A DNA stretch of 64,000 nucleotides. Origin: Candidatus Omnitrophota bacterium (GTDB lineage Bacteria > Omnitrophota > Gorgyraeia > Zapsychrales > Fredricksoniimonadaceae). Positions 1 to 9,830 of this stretch are shown here, one piece after another (the stretch's first letter is position 1; each line of letters starts with the position of its first letter). Below the pieces are notes generated by a model, which was not told the DNA's origin, searched no databases, and was given only the letters and a program-made list of their open reading frames with translations. The stretch is taken from NCBI GenBank assembly GCA_028865345.1, contig JAGWKL010000001.1, forward strand, positions 235,098-299,097, read 5' to 3'. A program made the translations under genes and the position numbers.

Positions 1-273
1 AGGATCATGAAACTCCCTTTCAAGGTCTCGACCACGACAAGCAATTTTATGATCGGCGTCACCGCTGCCGCCAGCGCCGGAATTTATTTAAACCGCGGTT
101 ATATCGACCCGCTTTTGGCCATGCCGGTGATGCTGGGCGTTCTGTTAGGGGCCAGCATAGGCACCCATTGGCTCATGAAATCGAGAACCAAATCACTGCG
201 GATCCTGTTTGGCATCGTTATTCTAATTTTGGCGGTGGAAATGATCTTTAATGGAATCGAGGGCAGGTTTTAA
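1..273 (+). CDS. C-terminal fragment of a TauE/SafE (DUF81)-like multipass membrane protein (N-terminus lies upstream of window)
   Basis: Open frame runs to position 1 with no upstream stop; hydrophobic helices with Gly-rich segments; immediately followed by a DUF1634 gene, which is the usual partner of DUF81 permeases. Confidence 0.4.
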   Translation, partial: RIMKLPFKVSTTTSNFMIGVTAAASAGIYLNRGYIDPLLAMPVMLGVLLGASIGTHWLMKSRTKSLRILFGIVILILAVEMIFNGIEGRF

Positions 274-624
274 ATGGAAAACCGGATAGGCGCCATTCTG
301 AGGGCCGGGGTCATCGTCTCCGCCCTGCTCGTTATTTGCGGAGGGATCATGTATTTAAGCCGCTATGGCACCGTCGGGCCTGCCTTTGCCCATTTTAAAG
401 GCGAACCGGAGCGCTTAAAAGACATCTACGGGATTATTCGATCCGCGCTGTCCTTGCACCCCCGGGGAATTATCCAATTGGGCCTGCTGTGCCTGATCGC
501 CACCCCTATCATGAGGGTGATCTTCTCCCTCGGCATGTACGCAAAACATAAAGACTCTTTGTACGTCGTCATTACCTCGATCGTCCTGTGCCTGCTTCTT
601 TACAGCCTGATATTTGTGAGGTAG
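274..624 (+). CDS. DUF1634 family small membrane protein
   Basis: 116 aa with two predicted TM helices; start codon is directly after the previous gene's stop; typical DUF81/DUF1634 pairing. Confidence 0.5.
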   Translation: MENRIGAILRAGVIVSALLVICGGIMYLSRYGTVGPAFAHFKGEPERLKDIYGIIRSALSLHPRGIIQLGLLCLIATPIMRVIFSLGMYAKHKDSLYVVITSIVLCLLLYSLIFVR

Positions 625-641
625 CACGTCCTGCAGGCCTT

Positions 642-1445
642 TTAATTGAGATTGCCTGTAGAGGAGTTTGATTCCAATCCCTGAAATATCCCATTCGCCG
701 CCTTCAAAAGGTCAACCGGAGTGTCGTAGGCGAGCCTGTGCCGTATTCCCATGGCCGCGGCAATGGACTCCATGGCGCTTTTATCATTGGCATTGCTGTA
801 AGGGATGTACAACAAAACACTCGTCCTTCTCGTTCTGGCGATCTGTTGCAATCGTGCGATCACCTTCTCGCCCGGCATATCGAACAGCCCTAATTTGACG
901 ACGGCAAGGTCCGGAGGATCATTCATCATCATTTCAATGGCCGCCATGCCGCTGTCGGCAACCTCGGTTTTGTATCCGCCGTCGGCAAATACACCTTTGA
1001 TCTTTCTGGCGGATTCAAAGATGTCTTCAACGATCGTGACCTTCCTGCCCCCGCCGTCCGTTTTTTCCCAATGATGTTTATTCAGGATGATATCCACCTC
1101 TTTAAACAACTGCGAGGCGGCAAAAGGCTTGATCAGGATCCCGTCCACCTGAAAGTCCCTGAATAAAGTTTCCAGATCGGCGCGGGCGGTCAGCACAAGG
1201 ACGGGATACTTGGGCCGTCCGTCAGCGCCGCAAATCCTCTGATAAAATTCCAGACCGCCCATCCCGGGCATGTTGACATCGAGCAGTATCAAATGGGGCG
1301 TAAAGTTTCTAAGTTTTTCCAGGCCTTCCAAGCCGTTAAAACCGAATTCGGCGTTGTACCCCTTATCATTCAGGCATTTTGCGTAAATTCGCGCGATGTC
1401 CTTTTCATCTTCGAGTATGAGTATGTTTTTCTTGTCCATAAACAT
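642..1445 (-). CDS. Response regulator with two tandem receiver (REC) domains and no output domain
   Basis: N-terminal 'ILILEDEKD...LLDVNMPGMGG...LVLTA...IKPF' is a canonical CheY-like REC domain; a second degenerate REC-like half follows. Confidence 0.75.
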   Translation of the reverse strand: MFMDKKNILILEDEKDIARIYAKCLNDKGYNAEFGFNGLEGLEKLRNFTPHLILLDVNMPGMGGLEFYQRICGADGRPKYPVLVLTARADLETLFRDFQVDGILIKPFAASQLFKEVDIILNKHHWEKTDGGGRKVTIVEDIFESARKIKGVFADGGYKTEVADSGMAAIEMMMNDPPDLAVVKLGLFDMPGEKVIARLQQIARTRRTSVLLYIPYSNANDKSAMESIAAAMGIRHRLAYDTPVDLLKAANGIFQGLESNSSTGNLN

Positions 1446-1482
1446 CCTCTTGAAGGCCGCCTTTCAAAGTATAGCATATCCT

Positions 1483-2094
1483 TCACGGGGAGGCGGCGAC
1501 CATCCTCAATGCCTTCAAAGCGGCCCGATAATCCGGCTGGGTGCCTTCTTCTTTCACATATTGGACATAGCGGACAATCCCGTCTTTATCGACAATGAAA
1601 ATGGCCCTTGACAGCAACCGCTGGCCCTTGATGAGCACGCCATACTTGATGCCGAAGTCGGCTGTGCGGTGGTCTGAGAACGTCTTGACATTTTTAATAT
1701 CAGCAGCCGAACAGAAACGCTTTTGGGCAAAGGGTAAATCCATGCTTATAAAGAGAATAACGACATCCTTGGAAATGGAAACAGCCTCTTGATTGAAATG
1801 GCGGATTTCGAGATCACATACGGGCGTATCCAGTGAAGGGACGGAGGCAATCAGCTTGATCTTTCCCTGGAAATCGCTTAACCTGGCATCCGACATGTCC
1901 GTCGCCTGAACGACGAAATCAGGGGCTTTCTGGCCAACCTTCACTTCATGGCCCAAAAGCACGACGGGCTTGCCTTTCATCGTCGCGACTCCCGTGCGTT
2001 CCACCACCGGGGCACAGTTTTCTTGGGCATCACAGAAAGGCAACGCCCAAAGGGCCAAAACAAAAATTGTGACGACAACCGCCTTTGCCTTCAT
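1483..2094 (-). CDS. tpx: Thiol peroxidase (atypical 2-Cys peroxiredoxin) with N-terminal signal peptide
   Basis: 'SVPSLDTPVC' peroxidatic Cys motif and Tpx-like fold across the protein; hydrophobic N-terminal leader 'AVVVTIFVLALWALP'. Confidence 0.85.
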   Translation of the reverse strand: MKAKAVVVTIFVLALWALPFCDAQENCAPVVERTGVATMKGKPVVLLGHEVKVGQKAPDFVVQATDMSDARLSDFQGKIKLIASVPSLDTPVCDLEIRHFNQEAVSISKDVVILFISMDLPFAQKRFCSAADIKNVKTFSDHRTADFGIKYGVLIKGQRLLSRAIFIVDKDGIVRYVQYVKEEGTQPDYRAALKALRMVAASP

Positions 2095-2104
2095 TAAGTT
2101 GATT

Positions 2105-3037
2105 TTAGCACAAATTCTTGACCACCATCAAAGAAACAACGGAAATGAGCGCCCAAAGGATTATCCCTTGTACGACCGGTTTCACGCCCACAGTCTTTAG
2201 TTTATCTCTCGACAGCCCTGCGCCGATCAGAAACAAGGTGACTGTTAATCCGACCTTTGACCCGTCCACAAGCCCCGCATAGACCGACTTTAAGCCTGGA
2301 AAGAATGTCACAACCAGGGAAGCCCCGACAAAACCTAAAATAAAATATGGAAATGCGATCTTTGCCGAAGTTTTTCTCTTAGGTCTGTTCTTTAAAACAA
2401 ATATAGTGCCTAAAGAAAGGGGGACGATCCATAAAGCCCTGGTCAATTTAACGATGGTCGCGATCTTGAGGGCTTCGTCCCCGTAACGGGCCGATGCCCC
2501 GACGACAGAACTGGTATCATGTATCGCTATGGCCGACCACATGCCGAACTGTTTCATTGTGAGGCCTAAATGATGGCCTAAAGGAGGGAAAAGAAAAAGT
2601 GCGATGGAATTGAGGATGAATATGGTACCCAACGCCACCGCCACCTCATCTTCATGGGCGTTGATGATCGGCGCGGTCGCGGCAATGGCGCTCCCCCCGC
2701 AAATGGCCGTCCCGGCTGATATCAAATAAGATATCTTTTTGTTGATGCCCAGACTCTTGCCGATCAACCATCCGATGAGCAGGGTTGCGGCTATTGAAAC
2801 AACGGTAAAAACAACCCCTTTTTCCCCGGCTTTAATGACCTGGGCAAAATTCAATCCGAACCCAAGCCCCACCACCGATATCTCAAGAAGATATTTGATC
2901 GCACGATGGGCAAACACTTTAAAAGGGTGCTGGATCGTAAAAGCAATAAGCAATCCCACGGCCAATGCCGATGGCGGTGAGGCAAAAGGCGTGAAACAAA
3001 AAACCAGCCCTATTAAGAAAATAATCTGTGCTACCAT
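2105..3037 (-). CDS. YeiH/UPF0324 family putative sulfate-exporter-type membrane protein
   Basis: 310 aa, about 9-10 TM helices, glycine-rich helices typical of UPF0324. Confidence 0.55.
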   Translation of the reverse strand: MVAQIIFLIGLVFCFTPFASPPSALAVGLLIAFTIQHPFKVFAHRAIKYLLEISVVGLGFGLNFAQVIKAGEKGVVFTVVSIAATLLIGWLIGKSLGINKKISYLISAGTAICGGSAIAATAPIINAHEDEVAVALGTIFILNSIALFLFPPLGHHLGLTMKQFGMWSAIAIHDTSSVVGASARYGDEALKIATIVKLTRALWIVPLSLGTIFVLKNRPKRKTSAKIAFPYFILGFVGASLVVTFFPGLKSVYAGLVDGSKVGLTVTLFLIGAGLSRDKLKTVGVKPVVQGIILWALISVVSLMVVKNLC

Positions 3038-3062
3038 CTTACACCCCCAAAACTCCCGGATA

Positions 3063-3215
3063 TTATGACGTCGTAAGCATGAAGCCCATCAAGGCCCCGA
3101 TCAGGGCGCTCGTCCACGGATTACCGGTCAACGGGCATGCCCCCGTCGAACAACGGCCGAAAAAACCTATGGTAAAACCAATGGCGGCGCCTGCCGCCGT
3201 CCCTATGATGATTCT
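3063..3215 (-). CDS. Small single-pass membrane protein with C-x4-C-P motif (likely start MRIIIGTAAG...)
   Basis: 'GFFGRCSTGACPLTGNPW' conserved-looking Cys motif flanked by Gly-rich TM segments; sits directly downstream of a DUF2892 gene. Confidence 0.4.
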   Translation of the reverse strand, partial: RIIIGTAAGAAIGFTIGFFGRCSTGACPLTGNPWTSALIGALMGFMLTTS

Positions 3216-3244
3216 CATACTGATATCCCTTGGTTTATTTAAAT

Positions 3245-3448
3245 TTACTTTATTCCCAAGCGCCCCAAGATCCACACCATCGGGCACCAGTTCGTAAATG
3301 CGGATTGCAGGAGGTTGAGACCCACAAAGGCGGTGAACCATAACCATAAATGGCCGAAATAGTGCGCCAGGACCAGGCTAAGAAGTACAAAAAATCCGGC
3401 GATCCCGCGCAGTGCTCTTTCCAGCATATTGATTCTCCTTTCCTTCAA
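3245..3448 (-). CDS. DUF2892 (YgaP-like) small membrane protein
   Basis: 67 aa, 'RALRGIAGFFVLLSL...' and C-terminal 'NWCPM' motif characteristic of DUF2892. Confidence 0.5.
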   Translation of the reverse strand: MKERRINMLERALRGIAGFFVLLSLVLAHYFGHLWLWFTAFVGLNLLQSAFTNWCPMVWILGRLGIK

Positions 3449-3490
3449 TTTGGTAAACCCGATACCCTGGCGAAGGGAGTTGCGTTAACC

Positions 3491-6400
3491 TTATCCACCG
3501 TGCGCTGGTTTGGGTTTCATGACCATATAATAAATAACCGGTATGGCCGTACGTGACAAGAAGGTCGATGCGATCTCCCCTGCCATAAGTGACAATGCCA
3601 GGCCCTGGAAGATCGGGTCAAAAAGGATGACTGATGCCCCGACAAAGACCGCCATGGCCGTCAGCAGCATGGGCCTGAAACGCACCGCACCGGCGTCTAT
3701 CACCGCTTCTTCCAGGGACATCCCTTCCCTGAGACGCAACTGGATAAAATCCACCAGGATAATGGAATTCTGCACCACGATCCCTGCGCCCGCAATCATG
3801 CCTATCATGGAGGTGGCGGTAAAAAAGATCCCTGTCATCCAATGGGCCGGCAGGATCCCCACGAGCGTCAAGGGGATCGGCATCATGATGATCATCGGCA
3901 CTTTAAAGGACTTAAACCATCCCACAACCAGAACATAGATCAAGACCAGTACAATTGCAAAAGCAATGCCTAAGTCCCTGAAAACCTCATAGGTGATCTG
4001 CCACTCTCCGTCGAATTTCAAGGCCCAGTGATTTTGATTGGGCGGCATGCCGGTCCAATAGATCTTCAATGATTTCTGGCCTTCCGGATGCGACGGGAGA
4101 GGAAGTTTCTCGAAAGCCTTTTGCAAATCAAAAAGCACGTAGACAGGGCTTTCAAACGGCCCTGCCACATCGCCGAAAACATAACCGACCCTCATGAGGT
4201 TCTTATGAAAGATCGGTTTGGACTTAAGCCTGTCTTGTACCCTGACTAAGTCCTTAAGCGGTATAGGAATTCCGGTATTCGACAATAATGTCATCCCCAA
4301 AATACTGTTCAGGTCCCTGCGTTTATTTTCCGGCAGGCGCACGACGATTTCCACAGGTTCATATTCATTGGAAAGGTGCGCCAGGCCGACATCCCTGCCT
4401 GCCAAGGCCGTTGAAATGGTCGCAGCAATCGCATTGGGCGCAATACCGTTGAGACTGGCCTTTTGACGGTCAACGACCAACCGGAACAGTTTTTCATTGC
4501 CTGAGGGAGAAGGAGTAGTGATGTCCGTGACGCTGGGGTTTGATGACATCACCCCCTCAACCTGTTGGGCCAGCTTGTCGATCCCGGCCCTATTGGGACC
4601 GTAGATCTCCATGACGAGCGTGGATAATACCGGCGGGCCAGGCGGAACTTCAGCCACTTGGGACTGCCCGCCGTAGCGTGCAACAATTTCGTGGATCTTG
4701 GGGCGGACGGACTTGGCAATATCGTGGCTTTGCCGCCGCCGCTCGGCTTTAGGTAAAAGATTGACCTGCAGGTCCGCCTGGTTGGTGCCGTGGCGAAGAT
4801 AATAATGCCTGACGAGCCCGTTGAAATTATACGGCGCGCTCGTTCCCACATAAGCTTCGATGTTGTCCACCTCCGGGACTGTCTGTAAATACTTAGCGAT
4901 CTCTCCGATGACATCGTTTGTGGTTGCCAACGATGTCCCCTGCGGCATGTCCAGAACCACCTGAAACTCATTTTTATTGTCAAAGGGCAGCATTTTCACC
5001 TTCACCCATTTAAGAGGTATCAATGAAACAGAAAGCAACAAAAGAACGCTGATCACAATAAGAAAAACGGCGCGGACCCGGGAATTGTAAATTAACGGCT
5101 TCATGTAGGAACGGTAGACCCGGGTCAGGAAATCCTCCCGGCTGTCATGGCCTTTCATGTCCCCTTTTTCGAAGGCGCGCTTGAGGATAATGGTCGCGGC
5201 CCATGGTGTCGCCATAAAAGCCATCAGCGTGGAAAAGAAAATGGCGAGGCTTGATCCGATGGGGATAGGACGCATGTACGGGCCCATCAGCCCCCCGACA
5301 AAGGCCATGGGCAAAATGGCCGAGATGACCGTCAGGGCAGCCAGGATGAGCGGGCTTTGGACCTCATTGACAGCGCCGATGACAATATCCAAAAATTGAC
5401 GCCCCGCATTTTTCGCCAGACGCAGGTGCCTGACGATGTTTTCCACATTGACTATGGGGCCGTCGACAAGGATACCGATGGAAAAAATCAGTGCGAAAAG
5501 TGTTATTCTGTTGAGGGTAAAGCCGATCCAGTAAAAAGCAGCCAGGGTAAGGGACAACGTCAGAGGAATGGTCACCGCCACAATGCCCGCTTCCTTCCAT
5601 CCCAGGACCATGGCAATGATAAGGGCCACCCCTCCCACCGCCAGCCCCATATGGAAAAGAAGTTCGTTGGATTTGTCCGTCGCTGTTTTTCCATAGTTGC
5701 GCGTGACCTTCATGTGCACGTCCGATGGTATCAGGGCCCCTTTTAAAGTGTCCACTTTCTTGAGGACACGATCGCACAACCACGCGGCATTGGCGCCCTT
5801 CCTCTTGGATATGCTCAATGTCACTGCCTCAAAGGGCCCCTTAGACGGATATTCCCTTTGATCGCCGAAACGGATATTCACATCATGTTCCTGAGTATCG
5901 GGCCCGTCGACAATCCGGGCGACGTCTTTTAAATAAACGATACGCCCAACCGATGTGCCGACAACAAGATTTTCCAGGTCTGCTTTGGACGTGATAAATG
6001 AGTCAGCCTCGACGCCTATGACGTCAGGCGTTGTTTGCAGGTGTCCGGCCGGCATTTTGACGTTGGAAGACTCGATGAGCCGTTCAATGCTCAACGGGTC
6101 GATCAGATGCTCTGAAAGCTTGGCCCCATCAAGCAGGACCTGAAAGGTGCGCTTATGGCCGCCTATGATCCGGGTATCTGAAATATCCGGTATGGCGTTG
6201 ACCTCCTGCTGTATCGAGGCAACCACGCGGCGCAAAGTCTCCGTATTTTCCTTACCGGAATAAAAGGTCAGGGCCAGGATCGGCACATCATCGATGGAAT
6301 GGTATTTGATCAGGGGTTGTGATGCGCCGGGCGGCAAAAAGTCCTGGTTCGCAAAGACCTTCGTGTATAATTTCGTCAATGACTGCTCGACATCCTCCCC

Positions 6401-6715
6401 CACCTTGAAACGCACGACGATCAGCGCCCCATCGGAGCGGGCGGTCGAATAAATGTATTTGACACCGGGGATCTCCCACAGCTTGCGCTCCCCCACGTCG
6501 ACAATCCTCTGTTCCACCTCCTTGGGAGTGTCTGCCTGAAACCGCACAAAAATATCGAACATGGGAACGGATATCTGCGGCTCTTCTTCGCGCGGAAGAT
6601 TAAGCAAGGCCGTGACGCCTAAAAAAATCGCAAAGCCCAAAATCAAAGGCGTCACCTTGGACTTCACGAAGAAGGCGACTGTTTTACCGATCCAATTGAT
6701 GGAATTATTGTCCAT
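3491..6715 (-). CDS. RND superfamily efflux transporter permease (AcrB/CzcA-like, 12 TM with two large periplasmic loops)
   Basis: 1074 aa; '...GILVDGPIVNVENI...' TM4 motif region, duplicated 6-TM plus porter-domain architecture. Confidence 0.9.
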   Translation of the reverse strand: MDNNSINWIGKTVAFFVKSKVTPLILGFAIFLGVTALLNLPREEEPQISVPMFDIFVRFQADTPKEVEQRIVDVGERKLWEIPGVKYIYSTARSDGALIVVRFKVGEDVEQSLTKLYTKVFANQDFLPPGASQPLIKYHSIDDVPILALTFYSGKENTETLRRVVASIQQEVNAIPDISDTRIIGGHKRTFQVLLDGAKLSEHLIDPLSIERLIESSNVKMPAGHLQTTPDVIGVEADSFITSKADLENLVVGTSVGRIVYLKDVARIVDGPDTQEHDVNIRFGDQREYPSKGPFEAVTLSISKRKGANAAWLCDRVLKKVDTLKGALIPSDVHMKVTRNYGKTATDKSNELLFHMGLAVGGVALIIAMVLGWKEAGIVAVTIPLTLSLTLAAFYWIGFTLNRITLFALIFSIGILVDGPIVNVENIVRHLRLAKNAGRQFLDIVIGAVNEVQSPLILAALTVISAILPMAFVGGLMGPYMRPIPIGSSLAIFFSTLMAFMATPWAATIILKRAFEKGDMKGHDSREDFLTRVYRSYMKPLIYNSRVRAVFLIVISVLLLLSVSLIPLKWVKVKMLPFDNKNEFQVVLDMPQGTSLATTNDVIGEIAKYLQTVPEVDNIEAYVGTSAPYNFNGLVRHYYLRHGTNQADLQVNLLPKAERRRQSHDIAKSVRPKIHEIVARYGGQSQVAEVPPGPPVLSTLVMEIYGPNRAGIDKLAQQVEGVMSSNPSVTDITTPSPSGNEKLFRLVVDRQKASLNGIAPNAIAATISTALAGRDVGLAHLSNEYEPVEIVVRLPENKRRDLNSILGMTLLSNTGIPIPLKDLVRVQDRLKSKPIFHKNLMRVGYVFGDVAGPFESPVYVLFDLQKAFEKLPLPSHPEGQKSLKIYWTGMPPNQNHWALKFDGEWQITYEVFRDLGIAFAIVLVLIYVLVVGWFKSFKVPMIIMMPIPLTLVGILPAHWMTGIFFTATSMIGMIAGAGIVVQNSIILVDFIQLRLREGMSLEEAVIDAGAVRFRPMLLTAMAVFVGASVILFDPIFQGLALSLMAGEIASTFLSRTAIPVIYYMVMKPKPAHGG

Positions 6716-8072
6716 AAATGGCCTCTGCCGCCTCGGGCGTCAGTTGGCCCGCATAAAGTTTTAAGGTCAGCGCATTTTCACGACGGGCGGCTTCCAGACC
6801 CAACCAACGCTCTCGGGCGGCGACAACTTCCGAGCGGATCGAAAGCATCTGCCCGATCGAAGACCGGCCTTCCCTATATAAGGGCTCCAAAAGCTTTAAC
6901 GCTTGGCCCGCATCGGCACAGGCATTCCCGGCCAATCGAATGTTCGACCCCAAGGCCCGCAGGCGCCAATAAACGTCCGCCGCGTCACGGGCCGCCTGGT
7001 CCTTTTTTTCCTGATATGCGGCGGAAAGCTCCCTGACCTTCTCCTGGGCCATTTTGACCCGAGGGGCATGGCCTGGATCAAAGAGATCCATCCTGACTTT
7101 AAGGCCGAACATATAATTGCCGCCGCCGCTTGATCCGATACGATGGACGTCTTCGTCAGCGCCGCCAAAAGCAACCACTTTAGGAAGAACGCTTTTACTT
7201 TCCGCGGTCACTTCAACGCCGCCGGCTTCCAGGAGCCTGGCCATGGCTTTAATATCCGGCCTGTTGTTGATTGCTTGATCCATCCATTCTCCGACGCTTC
7301 CCGTGACCTCGATGGGTTTCGCAAAATCCATTTTCACAGCCACGGGCACGGCCGGATCCACGCCCCGCAACACATTAAAAACCAGGTTCAAGGCCGCGCG
7401 TTGAGCCGCGGTCTCGTTTTTCATCTGCAAAAGTTGTGTCTGGGTCAGGCGGGCTAAGTAAAAATCAGCTCCCAGCGCTTGTCCTGTGCGTCCCAAAGCC
7501 TCGGCGGCTGCCACATCCGCCCGCCCCCCGGAAGTTTGTTTCTCCAGAACATCAAGCAACGCGTCAGCTGCGGCCAGACGGCTGTAGACCTCCGAAGCCG
7601 CCATGATGGCTTCCATCCGGGTGAACCGGGCTTGGTATTGGGCTGATTCGGTCAGAATTCCTGCGGCTTTAATACGCGCTGCAGTTTGTGAAAAATCGAA
7701 CAACGTCCATTCGACGCCGGCCTGAGCGGAATCATTCGCCCACGCCGCAGGGCTGTTCAGGCGCTTTAATGCAAAATCTTCAGCGGTGAATTTATTCTCG
7801 CGCAGCAGGGCTCCAAAAACATACACGGGATCATTGCCATATTGAGATTCCACAGATGCCCAGAATTTAGGCATCCGGCTTGAGGCGGCCAGGGCCTTTT
7901 GGGCTATGGTCTTTTCGATAGACGCATGTTCTTTTTTTAACAAAGGATAATAGTTCAAAACCTGGGATAAATATTCTTTATAGGACACGAACCGGGGGCC
8001 GGGGGCCGGTTGGGATCGTCCTGGGCCTGAACAAATAACGAGACTGATGAGAATCAGCAATAAAACTCTCAC
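6705..8072 (-). CDS. TolC-family outer membrane efflux protein (OMF) with signal peptide
   Basis: 455 aa, cleavable leader, Ala/Leu/Gln/Arg-rich alpha-helical repeats; 11-nt overlap with the RND gene. Confidence 0.8.
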   Translation of the reverse strand: MRVLLLILISLVICSGPGRSQPAPGPRFVSYKEYLSQVLNYYPLLKKEHASIEKTIAQKALAASSRMPKFWASVESQYGNDPVYVFGALLRENKFTAEDFALKRLNSPAAWANDSAQAGVEWTLFDFSQTAARIKAAGILTESAQYQARFTRMEAIMAASEVYSRLAAADALLDVLEKQTSGGRADVAAAEALGRTGQALGADFYLARLTQTQLLQMKNETAAQRAALNLVFNVLRGVDPAVPVAVKMDFAKPIEVTGSVGEWMDQAINNRPDIKAMARLLEAGGVEVTAESKSVLPKVVAFGGADEDVHRIGSSGGGNYMFGLKVRMDLFDPGHAPRVKMAQEKVRELSAAYQEKKDQAARDAADVYWRLRALGSNIRLAGNACADAGQALKLLEPLYREGRSSIGQMLSIRSEVVAARERWLGLEAARRENALTLKLYAGQLTPEAAEAIYGQ

Positions 8073-8365
8073 AAAATTTCTCCCAATATTTTTATGATAC
8101 TCACAATGCGTTCGTCAGTCAGGTGATAACAGGCCTTGACTCCCTTCTTTTCAAAAGTCACAACCCCGGCCTGCCTCAAGGCGGCCAGGTGCTGAGAAAT
8201 AGTAGATTGCGGAAGCCCCAGCTTTTCGACCATCTTAGACACATGGCAACCGTATTGGGTGATCAACCCCTGAGCCATTTTAAGGCGCACCGGGTGCCCC
8301 AGTGCTTTGAGAAATGCGGCGGATTTCTCGTAATCCATATCAGACCCCTTTCCCATATCTATCAT
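8069..8365 (-). CDS. arsR: ArsR/SmtB family metalloregulatory transcriptional repressor
   Basis: 'LKALGHPVRLKMAQGL...LPQSTISQHLAALRQAGVV' winged-HTH signature; 4-nt overlap with OMF gene. Confidence 0.8.
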   Translation of the reverse strand: MIDMGKGSDMDYEKSAAFLKALGHPVRLKMAQGLITQYGCHVSKMVEKLGLPQSTISQHLAALRQAGVVTFEKKGVKACYHLTDERIVSIIKILGEIL

Positions 8366-8573
8366 TAAATCTATATATTCAAATAATACGATATATTATT
8401 GCGATTGTCAAGAAGAAATATAATGAAACCTGTTACAGGCTTTCTCTGGAAATGGTCAGAATGCCGAGGACTTCAGCTTCGGAAACCTGCTCGAAATGCA
8501 CATAAAATTACCCAACACTCCCTCAATAGCCAAGCACTCTAAGGTAAAGAATTCCAGACGCCCGCTCTTCGCT

Positions 8574-9197
8574 TTACTCCTGAGGATTCAAATATTTAAA
8601 GGTAACTGCCGCCAGGGCGCCGCCCGCAAAGTTCCCGATCCAGAATATTAAAAGCATGGCCAGCTTATTTAAGCCCATAAGGGTCATGCCCAATGCCACC
8701 GCCGGGTTAAACGCCCCTCCGGAAATATTCCCGGCCGCATAGGCTGAAGCCATGACTGTAAAGCCGATGGCAAGCCCGTAAAACGAATTGCCCGCGGTGC
8801 CTTTGGAGGTCGCCACATTAAGCACGACAAAGGCCAGGGCAAAGGTAAAGATCAATTCCACCAAAAGCGCGTGGATCATGTTGGGCTGGGCCTCGATGAC
8901 CAGGCTCCCATGCTTCAAATAGCCGACCAGTAAAGCCGCAACCACGGCGGCGATAAACTGCGCCGTCCAATATCCCGGAACGTCCGTGGTATCGCATTTG
9001 CCTCTCATCCATACGGCGAGCGTCACCGCCGGATTATAATGCCCGCCGGAGATATGCCCGCCGGCATAAACCATCACCATCAGGATGGTGCCGATCGCCA
9101 GGGGCGCCATGGCGCCGGCGCCGATACCGACAACGCTTAAGCCAACCACAAAAACCAGGAAAAACGTCCCTATGAATTCCATGACGTATTTGTTCAT
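8574..9197 (-). CDS. MIP-family channel (aquaporin/aquaglyceroporin)
   Basis: Two NPA boxes ('GGHYNPAVT' and 'GGAFNPAVA'), six TM helices, 207 aa. Confidence 0.85.
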   Translation of the reverse strand: MNKYVMEFIGTFFLVFVVGLSVVGIGAGAMAPLAIGTILMVMVYAGGHISGGHYNPAVTLAVWMRGKCDTTDVPGYWTAQFIAAVVAALLVGYLKHGSLVIEAQPNMIHALLVELIFTFALAFVVLNVATSKGTAGNSFYGLAIGFTVMASAYAAGNISGGAFNPAVALGMTLMGLNKLAMLLIFWIGNFAGGALAAVTFKYLNPQE

Positions 9198-9228
9198 CCT
9201 TTTACCCTTTCCTTAATTTTGAGGATTT

Positions 9229-9723
9229 TTACCAATGAAGCCTGCTGAACCTTTCCGCATACCGCTTGATCCATTCGCGGGAGGCCTCTTCAAGAGACAC
9301 ATCCACTCCCTGTTGCAGGCTCAATAAATCACGGTATTCGGCAATCAGGTAAATCTGCTCGATCATTTTCACCTTGAAGGCGTCCTTGGACCTTGGAAAA
9401 CGTACGGCCACATCGTAAAGTTTTGTCCGGGTATTTCTGGCACTACGCACGACCTTGGCTTTGATGCTGAATAACTTGCCCTCAAAAGGCATTCTGATCA
9501 AAATCCCGGCGCCGGTTTTGACAGGATTTTGAGACGGGAACAACAAGCCCCCCATACTGACATTGATGGTTTCGCAACGCACCTCTTCCTTACTCTCTGC
9601 CGGGCCGGGATTAATGACTTTAAAACTGAGAGGCAGGCGTAAGGAATGGCGGATAAAATGGCGGAATTCCACCATGGGCGTACTGTTGGCACGGCCTTGG
9701 GCGCTGGATTCTTCATTTTCCAT
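9229..9723 (-). CDS. PilZ domain protein (c-di-GMP receptor family)
   Basis: 'RHFIRHSLRLP' (RxxxR) and 'NVSMGGLLF' (DxSxGG-like) PilZ motifs; likely start at MENEESS. Confidence 0.55.
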   Translation of the reverse strand: MENEESSAQGRANSTPMVEFRHFIRHSLRLPLSFKVINPGPAESKEEVRCETINVSMGGLLFPSQNPVKTGAGILIRMPFEGKLFSIKAKVVRSARNTRTKLYDVAVRFPRSKDAFKVKMIEQIYLIAEYRDLLSLQQGVDVSLEEASREWIKRYAERFSRLHW

Positions 9724-9830
9724 GATGGTTATCTTAGTAATATAAGATACTTGTTGCAAGAAAAATAATCCCCCGCAATTTTTCAAATTGCGGGGGATTA
9801 TAAAGGGTCTCCGGCAAGAAGACAGCCGGC

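Noticed and set aside
3543-6143. Numerous 60-140 aa ORFs on both strands inside the RND gene (e.g. 3543..3938, 4549..4983, 5357..5746, 5364..5783)
   Set aside because: They lie entirely within a confidently assigned 1074-aa RND pump, are in alternative frames of GC-rich coding sequence, and have low-complexity Arg/Pro/Gly-rich translations typical of out-of-frame noise.
6705-8072. Possibility that the 455-aa protein is the missing membrane-fusion (adaptor) protein rather than an OMF
   Set aside because: It has a cleavable signal peptide and TolC-like duplicated alpha-helical repeat composition. It lacks the lipoyl/beta-barrel/coiled-coil hairpin pattern and N-terminal TM or lipobox of MFPs.
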